A DNA stretch of 63,894 nt, the filler included, from Octopus bimaculoides (lineage: Eukaryota), in the NCBI RefSeq assembly GCF_001194135.2. It is 7 parts of 6 records of this genome, joined end to end, with 100 filler letters (N's around TTAATTAATTAA, not from the genome) between each part and the next. Parts side by side here need not be neighbours in the genome. Positions count along the whole stretch, not along the records: positions 1 to 18,904 come from NC_069008.1; 6 more parts are not named here. One strand, written 5' to 3'. A model generated the notes under the pieces. That model did not search any database. It was not told the DNA's origin and was given only the letters and a program-made list of their open reading frames with translations. Positions 1 through 12,873 of this stretch are shown here, one piece after another. Positions within the stretch are counted from its first letter, which is position 1, and every line of letters starts with the position of its first letter. The translations under genes and the position numbers were made by a program.

Positions 1-530
1 ATATATGTATATGTGTATATACATATATATGTGTATATATGTATATACATAAATATGTATGTGTATATACATATATATGTGTATATACATATATATGTGT
101 ATATACATATATATGTGTATATACATATATATTTTTATATACATATATGTATAATATGCATATATATATATGTATTTACACACACACATTTATATATGTT
201 TACATGTATGTATATAAATGTAAGTATGCATGGATACATGTATGCCTGTATGAGTATTTGTGTGTGCAAGAAGTGTATATACATGTGTATATATTTATAC
301 ACAATGTAAATATACATATTTATATGTGTGTGTGTGAATTTTATGCATATATGTATAGAGGCAAGATTGCTTATATTTGTCTGTGTTGAGAGTCTATAAT
401 AACATAGGATATATATACATATATATATATATATACATATATATATGTATAATACATGAAATTTCATTTATTTAGCTATATTTTCCATATGTATATATGT
501 ATATATATGCTGTAGTTGCATGCCCCTGTT

Positions 531-787
531 TCAGGTTTGTTGCTGCTGCTGCTGTTGTTGCTGCTGCTGTGATTGTGGCGTCTGCTGTGGTGGTTTCCCA
601 CTGTTATCTGACGACTGGTGACCATTTCCGCTGTTGACACCGCTGCCACCACCGCTGCTGCTGTTGTTGTTGTTGTTGGTGTTTTGGTGTTGCTGGTGTT
701 GTTGGTGTTGTTGTTGTTGTTGCTGCTGTTGATGGTGGTGGTGGTGGTTGCTGTTGGGGTTACTGTTGCTGTCCATAGGATCGTTGA
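531..787 (-). CDS. NFI: Terminal coding exon of the probable NFI gene, poly-Q/H/N tail
   Basis: Acceptor tttttccccgttgttccAG|TC; G|TC gives Val, then NDPMDSNSNPNSNHHHHHQQQ...QQQT-TGA. Repeat variation falls at third codon positions (CAA/CAG, CAC/CAT) in this frame. AATAAA on the minus strand at 472-467. Confidence 0.75.
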
Positions 788-1296
788 CTGGAACAACGGG
801 GAAAAAGCGTTCTACAATGGAGAGTCAAGAAATGAGAAGATTAATTATTTAATGAATCAATTAACCAATTCACTAATTAATTAATGAATCAAGTAACCAA
901 AACAGTAACTATAATAAAAGTTACATATCTCTGATGATTTGACAATATGTCTTGGTGATACAATATGCATTGCATACCTAAAATTGTTAATGAAATATAC
1001 GTAAGATGATATGACTAAATATTTTATAAACAATCTCTCATGCTTTATACTTTTTCTATATATACATGAGAAAAGCCATTGCCAAGAAGACTTACTGAAA
1101 TGATTCATGATTGTTGCCATGTGATGGCCTTATATGACTTTTAAGCCCGGCCAAGCTTTTACACATTTTATTACATACTAGACAACTGTGCTGGCTGGCA
1201 GGAGAAACAGTTGCCACCATATGCACTTTCTTAACATGTCTTTTTAGACCTCCAACTGAGAGGCACACCCTTCCACATTTTACACGCGCACACACA

Positions 1297-1351
<55 letters not shown>

Positions 1352-1544
1352 GATGGGCTTCTTTCAGTTTCTGCCTACTCAATCCATTCACAAGGCTGTA
1401 GTAGAAGACACTTGGTCAAGGTACCATGCAGTGGGACTGAACCCAGGACCATATGGTTGGGAAGCAAGCTTCTTACCACACGACCACTCCTGTGCCTATG
1501 GTTTAAAAAAAAATGCCTTAATATGACTTAATTAAACGCCTTAC

Positions 1545-1770
1545 CTTCGTTAAGTATTGGTTCGTCAGGGTTTACATGCATCAAATTGGCAATCATATTG
1601 TAGTCCACAGCCTCGTCCAAGGGTATGAAGGGGTTTGTCCAGCGAGGGACAGGCGTTGAGCGAGGGGTTGTTCGAGGGGTTGCCACTGGCGACGGTATCA
1701 AATTCAAGGTGGTGGGACTTATTACACCACTGATTGCATTCACAGGACTGATACTGGAGTAGGTGAACAT
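1545..1770 (-). CDS. NFI: Penultimate coding exon of the probable NFI gene
   Basis: Acceptor (TC)n-cccctcaacAG| and donor GAAG|GTAAGG; 226 bp, phase 0 to 1, matching both neighbours. MFTYSSISPVNAISGVISPTTLNLIPSPVATPRTTPRSTPVPRWTNPFIPLDEAVDYNMIANLMHVNPDEPILNE. The SPVATPRTTPRSTPxPRW block is what I recall from invertebrate NFI C-termini. Confidence 0.8.
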
Positions 1771-1789
1771 CTGTTGAGGGGGAGAGAGA

Positions 1790-2620
1790 GAGACGAGTGA
1801 GAGTGTGAGATTGTGAGTGTGAATGAGGGAGTGTGAGTAAGATTGTGAGTGTGAGTGAGGGTGTGTGTTAGTGAAATTGAGTGACTGAGAGAGAGTGAGG
1901 GTGAGATTATGTTTGCATTTATATTGAGCAGGTTAAGTTGAGGGAGAGAGGCTGTGCAAGTGAGTTTGAGTGATGGTGAGTGTAAGTGTGAGTAAGGGTG
2001 AGTGAGCGAGAGTGAAAGTTTGCATTCATATTGATCAGATTAAGATTGTGAGTGTAAGGGTAAAAGAAAGCAAGATGGCACTCATATTGAGTGGGTTAAC
2101 ATTATTTAAGAGAGGTGAGTGAGAGTGAAAGTGAAAGTTTTCGTTTACATTGAGCAACTTAACATTAGTTATGAGGGTGAGTGAGAGTGAATGTGGGTGA
2201 GTGTGAGCGTGGATGAAAGTGAGTGAAAGTGTGCAATTACATTGAGCAGGTTAACATTTGTTGTGAGGGAGGATGTGTGAGTGAGGGTGAGCATGAGTGA
2301 AGATCAGAGTGAGTGAGGGTGAAAGTTTGCATTTATAAAGTATGGGTTAACAGTTGTTGAATGGTTATGAGGAAGTGGGTATGAGAGGATGTGAGTGTGA
2401 GTAAAGATCTGAGTGTGAGGATGAGTGAAGGTTTACTTGTATAAATAGTAGTGTAACATCGGTTGATTGATTATGAAGATGTGAGTGAGTGTATGATAGG
2501 ATTTGAGAGAGAGTGAAGTGTTTTGAGTAAAGATGAGTGTGAGTATAAGCATCTATTTATATAGTGTAAGAATGTTTCATAGTGAGACGGATACTGAGTG
2601 CTTGTGTTGAGTGAGGATGT
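1790..2620. repeat. Degenerate GTGA-rich minisatellite (period roughly 60-120 bp)
   Basis: TTTGCATT(T/C)ATATTGAGCAGGTTAA-like motif recurs about 7 times inside (GTGA/GAGT)n sequence. Confidence 0.75.
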
Positions 2621-3127
2621 GATATAAAAATATTTAAAAAATACACACATAAGAATATATATGTATACATACACACACATACGGATATATATATATATAA
2701 TATATATACATATATACACATACATATTTAGATAAATATATATATATAAAAATATATACATACATATATATATACATACATATATACATATATATATATT
2801 TAGTCTCTCAGACGAAGGCCTTGATGAATACCACAAGGTATGAAAATACATATTCGCCATTATATTTAATTCTTTATATTGAACACTCAGTATTTCATAT
2901 ATTCAATAAGACATATTCCATATATTCAATAAGACATTCAATACTTCATTTCATTGTACCATCTATTTTTATATTATATATTATATATTCCATATTCTAT
3001 ATCCCACATTAATTTTACAAGAATATAAATAAAACATAAAAAACAGACAGAGTTGGAACTCTTTTAAATAAAATATATTCCTCTATACACGATCATACAA
3101 AACCCTTTTTTGTATTTATTTTTACTC

Positions 3128-3158
<31 letters not shown>

Positions 3159-4229
3159 AACATATATGTGTGTGTATATATATATATATACATACATACA
3201 TACATGTAAACAAAAATAATAACTGTATGTGGTGTACCATTAAATAAGTTAAAAACATAAATGGACAAACAAGGTCATCAGATTCACATGTTATTGGCCC
3301 GAGGGTGGCCACCAATAATATTATCACTAAGGACGAAATTGCTTTTCACCCTCTGGCTGATAACTGATGAAGGTTTGGTCATCTTCTGCGTCTGTTTCCC
3401 GTTTGTTTGTGCCTTTGTTTTTCAAACACATATACATACATATGTTTGTATATGTATGTATTTACTCTTTTACTTGTTTCAGTCTTTTGACTGTGGCCAT
3501 GCTGGAGCACCGCCTTGAGTCGAGCAAATTGACCCCAGGACTTATTCTTTGGAAGCCTAGTATTTATTCTATCGGCCCCTTTTGCCAAACCGCTAAGTTA
3601 CGGGGACGTAAACACACCAGCATCGGTTGTCAAGCGATGTTGGAGGGACAAACACAGACATACAAACACACACACACACACACACATATCTATATATATA
3701 NNNNNNNNNNNNNNNNNNNNNNNNNNNNNNNNNNNNNNNNNNNNNNNNNNNNNNNNNNNNNNNNNNNNNNNNNNNNNNNNNNNNNNNNNNNNNNNNNNNN
3801 NNNNNNNNNNNNNNNNNNNNNNNNNNNNNNNNNNNNNNNNNNNNNNNNNNNNNNNNNNNNNNNNNNNNNNNNNNNNNNNNNNNNNNNNNNNNNNNNNNNN
3901 NNNNNNNNNNNNNNNNNNNNNNNNNNNNNNNNNNNNNNNNNNNNNNNNNNNNNNNNNNNNNNNNNNNNNNNNNNNNNNNNNNNNNNNNNNNNNNNNNNNN
4001 NNNNNNNNNNNNNNNNNNNNNNNNNNNNNNNNNNNNNNNNNNNNNNNAGGGAAAGAGAGAGATAGTCTGAAAAGATGTGTTTATCCGCAAAACTGTCATG
4101 ATTCTGTAAAGCATTTAACTGAGAGGAGACATGTAATTACTGTGGTGAGAAAAAAAAAGCTGGTCGAAAAATAAAATCATTTTGTAACAAACAATATTGA
4201 GTCAACTCTCCCCATACACACACACAGAC

Positions 4230-4260
<31 letters not shown>

Positions 4261-4931
4261 GGCATACACATGCATACATACATATATATCGCTGCTATTA
4301 TGGTAAATTGTGGTATGTCCAAATGTCACCAAATGCATTTTCTTCAATACTTAATTTTGCTTGGTCAAACTATCGTATCTCTAGCTGCCAAGATATGAAA
4401 ATTGTTGAAGTGTAGGACAATGGTTTAGCATTTTTTAGAAGTGTTGTAAGTCTCACATACGACAGTTTTGAAAAAATATTTCTGACTGAAAATATCATTC
4501 GTGCATGGAGTTAGGATTCTATGCACCCAACAAAGTATTATTATTGTTAAGCTGCAACTGTTGTTAATGTAAGAAGAAATGGAATGGTGAAAATATTCTT
4601 TGATTTTCTGAAAAAGCAACGTTTTGGACTTACAACACTTTTGCATAATAGCAACGATATGTATATTTTTTTACTTTTGTTTGTCACTTGACTGCGGCCA
4701 TGCTTGGGCACCACCTTGAAGGGTTATAGTTGAACAAATTGACCCCCGGGTGTTCTTTTTTTTTGTTTCTTTTCTTGTAAACCCTGGTACTTATCCTATC
4801 AGTTTCGTTTGCTGTGCTGCTAAGTTGCAGGTATGTAAATACACCAACACCAGTTGTCAAATGGCAGTGGAGAGACAAGCACAGGTACAAACACATGAGT
4901 ACACACACACATGCACACAGATATAGACATA

Positions 4932-5114
4932 TACTCTTTACTCTTTTACTTGTTTCAGTCATTTGACTGTGACCATGCTGGAGCATCGCCTTTTTAGTTG
5001 AGGAAATCGACCCCAGGATTTATTCTTTGGAAGCCTAGTACTTATTCTATCGGTCTCTTGTCAAGCGATGTTGGGGGGACAAACATAGACACACAAACAT
5101 ACATACACACACAC

Positions 5115-5145
<31 letters not shown>

Positions 5146-5316
5146 CATATATACGACGGGCTTCTTTCAGTTTCCGTCTACCAAATCCACTCACAAGGCT
5201 TTGGTCGGCCCGAGGCTGTAGTAGAAGACACTTGCTCAAGGTGCCATGCAGTGGGACTGAACCTGGAACCATGTGGTTGGTAAGCAAGCTACTTACCACA
5301 CCGCTACTCCTGCGCC
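4932..5316 (-). mobile_element. SINE family A, full length with internal deletion in the tail
   Basis: Same head, microsatellite and tail layout as 12650-13080. Another tail copy at about 4670-4900. Confidence 0.8.
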
Positions 5317-6167
5317 TATATATATATACACATATATATAGATTGTCCAATCCCTGTCCAATTTTTGTTCATCCCTGTCTATCAGTGGTCTGATGAGGAT
5401 AACTTGGAAGATTTGGCAGCCCCATGGTAGAAACAGCTGTAAGATTTTAGTATTTGTACACTTATCTATTCTTATTCGTTTATCTCTATTTATATACTTA
5501 TTTACGTATTTATTGGCTTATTTCATTTGTTTACTTGGATCACTTACACATATGATTGTAAACAATTAATAAATGGATATAGTTGACTGTTTACAGGCTG
5601 ATGTTTGTTGATTGTTTATCCTCTCCATTTTCTTATTTGCCTTATATATATATATAGTAACATTTCCAGCTGGTTAATGACACACAACCTGTGTCCAATA
5701 TATTGTGAGTAAGGGAGCAAACGACTTCTCTCCTGCTTGGCAAGACCAGTAGACCAAGGTTTCTGGGTCTTTACCCATCATCGGTACTGGATACCTGCCT
5801 GCTGGAGATGGCAGTCAATCGACCCTACTCATAATGCACAAACAAAAATGTGGCAGACAGTCACTGATCTCATAATGAGCAAAATAGCTAGTTTTAAAAT
5901 CTCTAAACAAGATATATATGGTAACAACAGCCGTGTTATAGTGGCAAAGAAAATGTTACCGTCTACTATAGTTATTACTTATATCTTGTTTAAAGATTTT
6001 AGAACTATATATATGACAGGCTTCTTTCAGTTTCCAACTACCAAATTCACTCACAAGACTTTGGTTGGCCCTATCATAGTAGAACTAGAAAATACTTGCT
6101 GAAGGTGCCAGGCAGTGAGACTGAATCCAGAACCATGTGGTTGGGAAACAAGTATTTTATCATGCAG

Positions 6168-6221
<54 letters not shown>

Positions 6222-6966
6222 CACACACACACACACACACATACAGTTACTACTAATTCTTTGAAAGATGACATTGTGATACATGGCTGTGTGGTTAAGA
6301 AACTCGCTTAGCGGTATTTCATCTGTCTTCATGTTCTGAGCTCAAATTTCACCAAGGTCGACTTTGCCTTTCATCTTTTCGGGGTTGATAAATTAAGTAC
6401 CAGTTGCATACTGGGGTCGGTCTAATCGACTGCCCCCTCCCCCCACTTCCCCCCAAATTTCAGGCCTTGTCTAGAGTAGAAAAGAATAATAATAATAATA
6501 ATAATGAACCTTTCTGCTAGAGACAGAAAGCCTGAAATCTTTGGGGAGGGGACCCGTCGATTATATTGACCCCCAGTGTTTCATTGGTACTTATTTAATT
6601 GATCCTGAAAGGATGAAAGGCAAAGTCCACCTCGGTGAAATTTGAACTTAAAAATGTAGCGATGGGTGAAGTACTGCTAACCATTTCATCCAACATACCA
6701 ACAATTCTGCCAGCTCAATGCCTTAATAATAATAATAATAATAATAAATCCTTTCTACTGGAAGTACAAAGCCTCAAATTTGGGGGAGGGGTCCACTTGA
6801 TTAGACCGATCTCAGTATGCAACTGGTACTTAATTTATCGACCCCCCCCCCAAAAGAATGAGAGGTCAAATCGAACTCAGCAGAATTTAAACTCAGAATG
6901 TAGTGGCAGACGAAATACTGCTAAGCATCTCGTCCAGCGTGGTAATGATTCTGCCAGCTTGATGCC

Positions 6967-6999
<33 letters not shown>

Positions 7000-7001
7000 G
7001 C

Positions 7002-7034
<33 letters not shown>

Positions 7035-7035
<1 letters not shown>

Positions 7036-7200
7036 ATCCAGCAGTGTTGTTACAGAAGGTTTGCCTCCTAGGAACACCCAGAATCATGAGCAAAAGATTA
7101 AATAATTGAAAAGAACAGACAGCATGGCACCATTGGTTGCCTGTAACAAGCCCACTGTACATTCAAGACATCAGAAGTTCCAACAAATCCTGAATCAAAA
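7035..7200 (+). mobile_element. Short 3' end of an R4/Dong-like element after a long (AAT)n
   Basis: Encodes LLQKVCLLGTPRIM, matching the C-terminus of the copy at 28862-29482. Confidence 0.7.
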
Positions 7201-7544
7201 AGAAAAATAATTCTAATATGAACACAAGGCGTGAAATTAAAAGGGTGAAGTCTTGTCAATTACATTGACCCCAGTGACCAAATGATACCTATTTTATAGA
7301 TTTCGAAAGGATGAAAGGTGAAGCTGACCACGGCAGAATTTTAATGCAACAAACCGGAAGAAACGCCAGTGATAAACTGTTATACGATAGGCAAAAAGGC
7401 CCGAAGGGATCTTTGTGGTTTTTGTCACTGTTTACAATTTTGTTCCAATTGTTTTCAAATTTGGTTTATGGATTAAGTTTTGTACACTAATTATGAAAAT
7501 GAAATTCATTTTCCTTATAATAAGAGTACTCAGAGAGCGCAGTC

Positions 7545-7611
7545 CTCAGTCAAATCGTCCAACCCATGCCAGCATGGAAAGCGGATGTTAAATGATGATG
7601 ATGATGATGAT
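7545..7611 (+). mobile_element. 3' tail of an RTE-type LINE/SINE ending in (TGA)n; opposite-strand copy at 13702-13800
   Basis: CGTCCAACCCATGCCAGCATGGAAAGCGGATGTTAAATGATGATGA. Confidence 0.6.
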
Positions 7612-7924
7612 TAATCAATAGCATTCCCTTTCTCCTAGCTCTCACCACTAACACTCCTCTCTCCCTTTTTTTGCCACACCCTTCTATTAACCACATGACA
7701 GCATCAAACATTTGGCCTTAGTGTATTGACATATAGATAGTAATACCCTAGCATTCAAATTAGGGTTGCAGATAGGGTCATAGTGGCTTGGGTGGTAGGG
7801 ACAGAAGGGTCTGTTTAGTTTGCTGGCTAGCTAGTTTGTCAGTTGGTTGGTTGGTTGGCTGGTATGACTTATGGTGGCAATGGAGATGATGGTGATGCAA
7901 GTATGGATTCTGAGTATTATAGAG

Positions 7925-8355
7925 CAGGGGTTTTCAAACTGTGGTCCACGGACCACGGGGTCCGTGGACAGCAAGTACTTTTTATGGGCAATTTGATTTT
8001 ATATATGTTTTTTAATTGAAATCTTTTCATTGACAATAAACCTATTTGTTAAATACTGTTAAAGAAATAAATGTAAAAATATGTTATATTAAGCAAACAT
8101 TTATGTATAAATTTCGTAAGCGTTTATAAGGGGGTCGCTAAGGTAAAGCCTGAAATATAAAGGGGCCTGCAAGTCAAAAAGTTTGAAAACCCCTGCTTTA
8201 GATCGTGTCGGTGTATTTTTACACACGGTCAGTTATTTGTCGTTATCAATAGAACAACGGACTCCAGTTATTTGAAAATTAGTGTCGTCCAAACAGAAAA
8301 TATCGTCAACAAAGATAAAAAGGGGTCCGCAAGTCAAAAAGCTTGAAAACCCCTG
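7925..8355. mobile_element. hAT (Charlie-like) MITE with a duplicated right end
   Basis: TIR CAGGGGTTTTCAA; perfect 8-bp TSD TTATAGAG at 7917-7924 and 8356-8363; an extra internal right end finishes at 8195. Confidence 0.85.
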
Positions 8356-8502
8356 TTATAGAGGACAATGATTACGATCATAATTATAAAGAGACTGATG
8401 ATGGTAAAACTTAATATCTCTATGATGGTGACACTGTTAATGATGGTGATGACAACGAGCTGAAAGATCATGTCGTGGTTGATGACAGCAGTTGTTATTA
8501 TC

Positions 8503-8815
8503 ATTACCTCTACCTTAGCGAAAGCGGAGGTATTGTTTTCAGTCGTGTTTGTTTGTTTATTTCTCCTTGGACAAGATATCTCAAGAACCACTGGATGGAT
8601 TCTGATGAAACCGTCAGGGATGTTTGGCCTCGTAACTGGCACAAACTGATTAGATTCTGAGATCGATCTGGCACTGGACAAGGATTCTGGATTATTTTTC
8701 CGGTTTTTCTCCCCCTTAATTTTTGAGAGCGGTCAGGTTCATTTTTAGTATTCTTGTTTGTGAGATCAGTCAGGTTTATTTCAGATATTCTCATTTAAAA
8801 AAATCATCTCTGGCT
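8503..8815 (+). mobile_element. Helentron-associated (DINE-1/HINE-like) non-autonomous element, 5' part
   Basis: TACC...GGAGGTATTGTTTTC...GTTTGTTTGTTT...GATATCTCAAGAACCACTGGATGGATT...GATGAAA layout, typical of this class. Confidence 0.55.
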
Positions 8816-9231
8816 AATTATTGTTTAGGCTACGGGCTGAATTACTTATTACTGGAATAGGACTGGTACTTATAAGAAAAAAAAAATTAATTAATAAACA
8901 TGAAAACTGAAAAAAATTAAACATTTTAGTGAATCTGATAACATTTTTATAACAAACCATACCATTCCTATTGTGGAGGCTAAAAGTCAACAATGTGTTG
9001 AACTATTGAATCAAAGGGATCTAACTCTTTTAATCCAATCTCTTGTCGCCACATTAACCCAATTTTTTTAGTGGGGAGATAACCCAGTTTTTAATGGGGG
9101 TGAGATAATCAAAAACTAACATTCTTTCTGACAAAGAGCATATGCTCAAAACATCAAAGACTTTTCCATTTTTCCTGAGCATTAAACTAACACATCTGCT
9201 TGTTGTTCCTTCATTTATCTTTTGTTTTCAG

Positions 9232-9800
9232 ACCTGTTAGAAATAGCAACAACATATCCCTCTAATCACACTTTACTGTCTTACGTATGCATGAATCCAA
9301 TGAGGGAGATCTCTGCATTATAACTCGACCTGGTTGAAATAGCAGCTAAATCTCCCTCAAATCATACCATACGCTTTTCTGTGCTAAAAAGAGAAAGCAA
9401 ATCTCTTAAATCACTCCCTATGTATGTATGAGCCAATGAGGGAGACCTCTACATGGTAGCTAGACCTGTTAGAAATAGCAGCCAAATCTCCCTTAAATTA
9501 CACCTTACTATCTCATGTGTGTATGAGCCAACGAGAGAGACCTCTACATGGTAGCTAGACCTGTTAGAAATAGCAGCCAAATCTCCCTCAAATTACACCT
9601 TACTATCTCATGTGTGTATGAGCCAATGAGGGAGACCTCTACATGGTAGCTCAATCTGGCAGAAATAGCAGCCAAATCTCCCTCAAATCATGTCCTCCTG
9701 TCTTCTGTGTGTATGTATGAGCCAGTGAGGGAAACCTCTGCATGGTAGCTAGACCTGGTAGAAATAGCAGCCAAATCTTTCCCAAATTGCACATTAGTGT
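9232..9800. repeat. Minisatellite of about 95-99 bp, about 6 units
   Basis: GAGCCAATGAGGGAGACCTCTACATGGTAGCTAGACCTGTTAGAAATAGCAGCCAAATCTCCCTCAAAT recurs; GAGCC starts at 9430, 9525, 9620 and 9719. Confidence 0.9.
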
Positions 9801-10839
9801 CTTTAAAAAAAAAAAAAAAAGGATACTTGATATTAGATGGTATTAGATGGATTCAGAATCTCTTTGATCTTAAGACTGCTTGGTCAAAGGTGACCCGGGG
9901 TTAAACACTCACATGGTAATGATGACGATGATAGCAGCAGTAGTAGTGGTAGTAGATCTGATGATCATGACAATGAGGTTCACAGTGCTGATGAGGATGA
10001 TGATGACGATGAGGAGGTGGAAGAGGAGGATGGCAATGGGCAGTGGTGATGTTAGTGGTGGTGGTGGTAGTAGTATCGATAGTAATGGTAGCTCTGATGT
10101 GATTTATGATGACAATGGTGTCAGTTTTAGTATTATTATTATTATTATTATTAGTAGTAGTAGTAGTAGTAGTAGTAGAAGTAGTGTTTGGTGGTGGTTG
10201 TATTAGTCGTAGTCTGTTGTGAATCAGTCAGTGTGTGTGTGCGCATATGTATATGTGTATGCAGAGAAGTAAGTGTAGGCATATATGTGAGTCTGTTGCT
10301 GGATGGATGTGTGTGTATGTATATATATGTGTGTGTGTGTGTATAAGTGTATATATGTGCGTGTGTATATGTATGTGTATATATAAGTGTATATAGTGTG
10401 TAGGAGTATGTACATATATAAACATATATACCTGTACATATATATATGTACACACATATATGTATATGTACACACATATATGTATATATACATATATATA
10501 TATGTAAACACATGCACATATATATGTGCACACATATATGTATGTATGCANNNNNNNNNNAGGCATATATGTGAGTCTGTTGCTGGATGGATGTGTGTGT
10601 ATGTATATATATGTGTGTGTGTGTGTATAAGTGTATATATGTGCGTGTGTATATGTATGTGTATATATAAGTGTATATAGTGTGTAGGAGTATGTACATA
10701 TATAAACATATATACCTGTACATATATATATGTACACACATATATGTATATGTACACACATATATGTATATATACATATATATATATGTAAACACATGCA
10801 CATATATATGTGCACACATATATGTATGTATGCACACAC

Positions 10840-10873
<34 letters not shown>

Positions 10874-11133
10874 GTACACACATATATGTAATGTATGTAT
10901 ATATATATATATATATATGTGTATATACATATATATATATGTGTGTGTGTGTGTATGCATATATGTATGTATGTACATATATATATACACACACACACAT
11001 ACATCAATATGTGTGCTATTGTATATGGGTGTACAAAAATTTATCTGTCAATTGGCCAGTCAGTGTGTGTATATTTATTTATATATGTGTGTGTGTGTGT
11101 GTGTATGTGGTTTTGGGTGGATGCCATTCATAC

Positions 11134-11288
11134 CTGAGGTCCTTGTGGGTGGATGTGGGTGAAGGCATGTTCATGCCTGGCCGAGAGCACTGTGAAGGGG
11201 CTAGACATTATAGCTCGGTTTATTGGTGGCGTTCCGTTAGGGGAACTGTTCATACTGCTTTGTGAAGAGTTCGAAGCCACGGTGGATG
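11134..11288 (-). CDS. NFI: Internal coding exon of a probable Nuclear Factor I (CTF/NFI) gene, Ser/Pro-rich region
   Basis: Acceptor ggtcatttccAG| and donor CAG|GTATGA; 155 bp, phase 1 to 0; only this frame is open: STVASNSSQSSMNSSPNGTPPINRAIMSSPFTVLSARHEHAFTHIHPQGPQ. Not in the ORF track. NFI identity is recalled similarity, not a search result. Confidence 0.75.
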
Positions 11289-11937
11289 CTGGAAATGACC
11301 AGAGACGATAAACAATCTTATAACGAGTTACTATGGTGACTGTCGTCTTTGTGAGTGCGTTTGGGGTTCATGGGTGTATGTATGTTACATTGATCATGCG
11401 TATGTATATATATATATACACATATATATGTATATATATATATATGTGTATATATATGTGTATATATATATGTGTATATATATATATATGTGTGTATATA
11501 TATGTGTATATATATATATATGTGTATATATATATATATGTGTATATATATATGTGTGTATATATATATGTATACATATATATATGTATATATATATGTG
11601 TATATATATGTATATATATATATATATATGTATACATATATATATGTATATATATTTATATGTATATATATATATGTATACATATATATGTATATATATA
11701 TATTTATATATATTTATACACACACATACACATGTAGGATGGTTTATATGTGATGTTATGTATGTATATATATAATATGCATATGTGTATATATTTATAC
11801 ATGCATATGAGTGTGTGTGTGCATATATATATATATATATATACGCACACATACATATATATGTACATACACAAACATATATAGATATACAAAAGGACAT
11901 GAAATAATATATGTATATATATATACACACATATATG

Positions 11938-11984
<47 letters not shown>

Positions 11985-12649
11985 TCATATACGCACATAC
12001 ACATCTGTTTAAGTGTGTATATATGAATGTATATATATGTGTGTGAGTATATAAATATATATATTTGTATGTAATGAAAAAGATGAAAGGGGGCGTTAGT
12101 TTGATGCCAGCAGGGTGAATAGAGAGCAAGAGAAGAATGATGGGCGGTGGGAGGGAGAGGGCAGGGTTTTGTAGGGGGCATAGAGTGGGGCCGCCATTGG
12201 AAATTGGAGGGTGTTACCTAAAATTAGGGACCGACAAAAAACAAAAAGGAAGAAAGGCTGTAAGATAATTCGAACGAAATACATGATGTCATCCATGAAG
12301 CAAATTAAATGAGATCCCTTACGTGACCCCATGAAGCAGTAGGCTATATTTGAATCGTTGGTGGTTGTCGTGTAATGAATATCTATAGTGAGGTGCTATG
12401 ATAAAACCTATTCTACTGAAATTTGAGTTATAAAGTTCCTTTCTACCATAGGTGCAGTCGTGGCCATGTGGTGAGAAGCTTGTGTCCCAACCACATGGTT
12501 CTGGGTTCACTCCCACTGTGTGGCACCTTGGGCAAGTGTCTTCTACTATAACCCCAGGCCGACCAAAGCCTTGTCAGTGGATTTGGTAGACGGAAACTGA
12601 AAGAAGCCCCTTGTGTGTGTACATATATATGTATATATATATATTTATA

Positions 12650-12829
12650 GGTGCAGGCGTGGTTGTGTGATAAGAAGCTTGCTTCCCAACCACATGGTTC
12701 TGGGTTCAGTCCTGTTGCATGGCACCTTGGGCAATTGTCTTCTACTATAGCCTTGGGCTGACCAAAGCCTTGTGAGTGGATTTGGTAGATGGAAACTGAA
12801 AGAATCCCGTCGTATATATGTATATATGC

Positions 12830-12873
<44 letters not shown>

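Noticed and set aside
10260-10830. Tandem duplication of about 300 bp around a 10-N gap (a similar case at about 20980-21316)
   Set aside because: Near-identical copies flanking a small gap are typical of unmerged contig overlaps or haplotypes.
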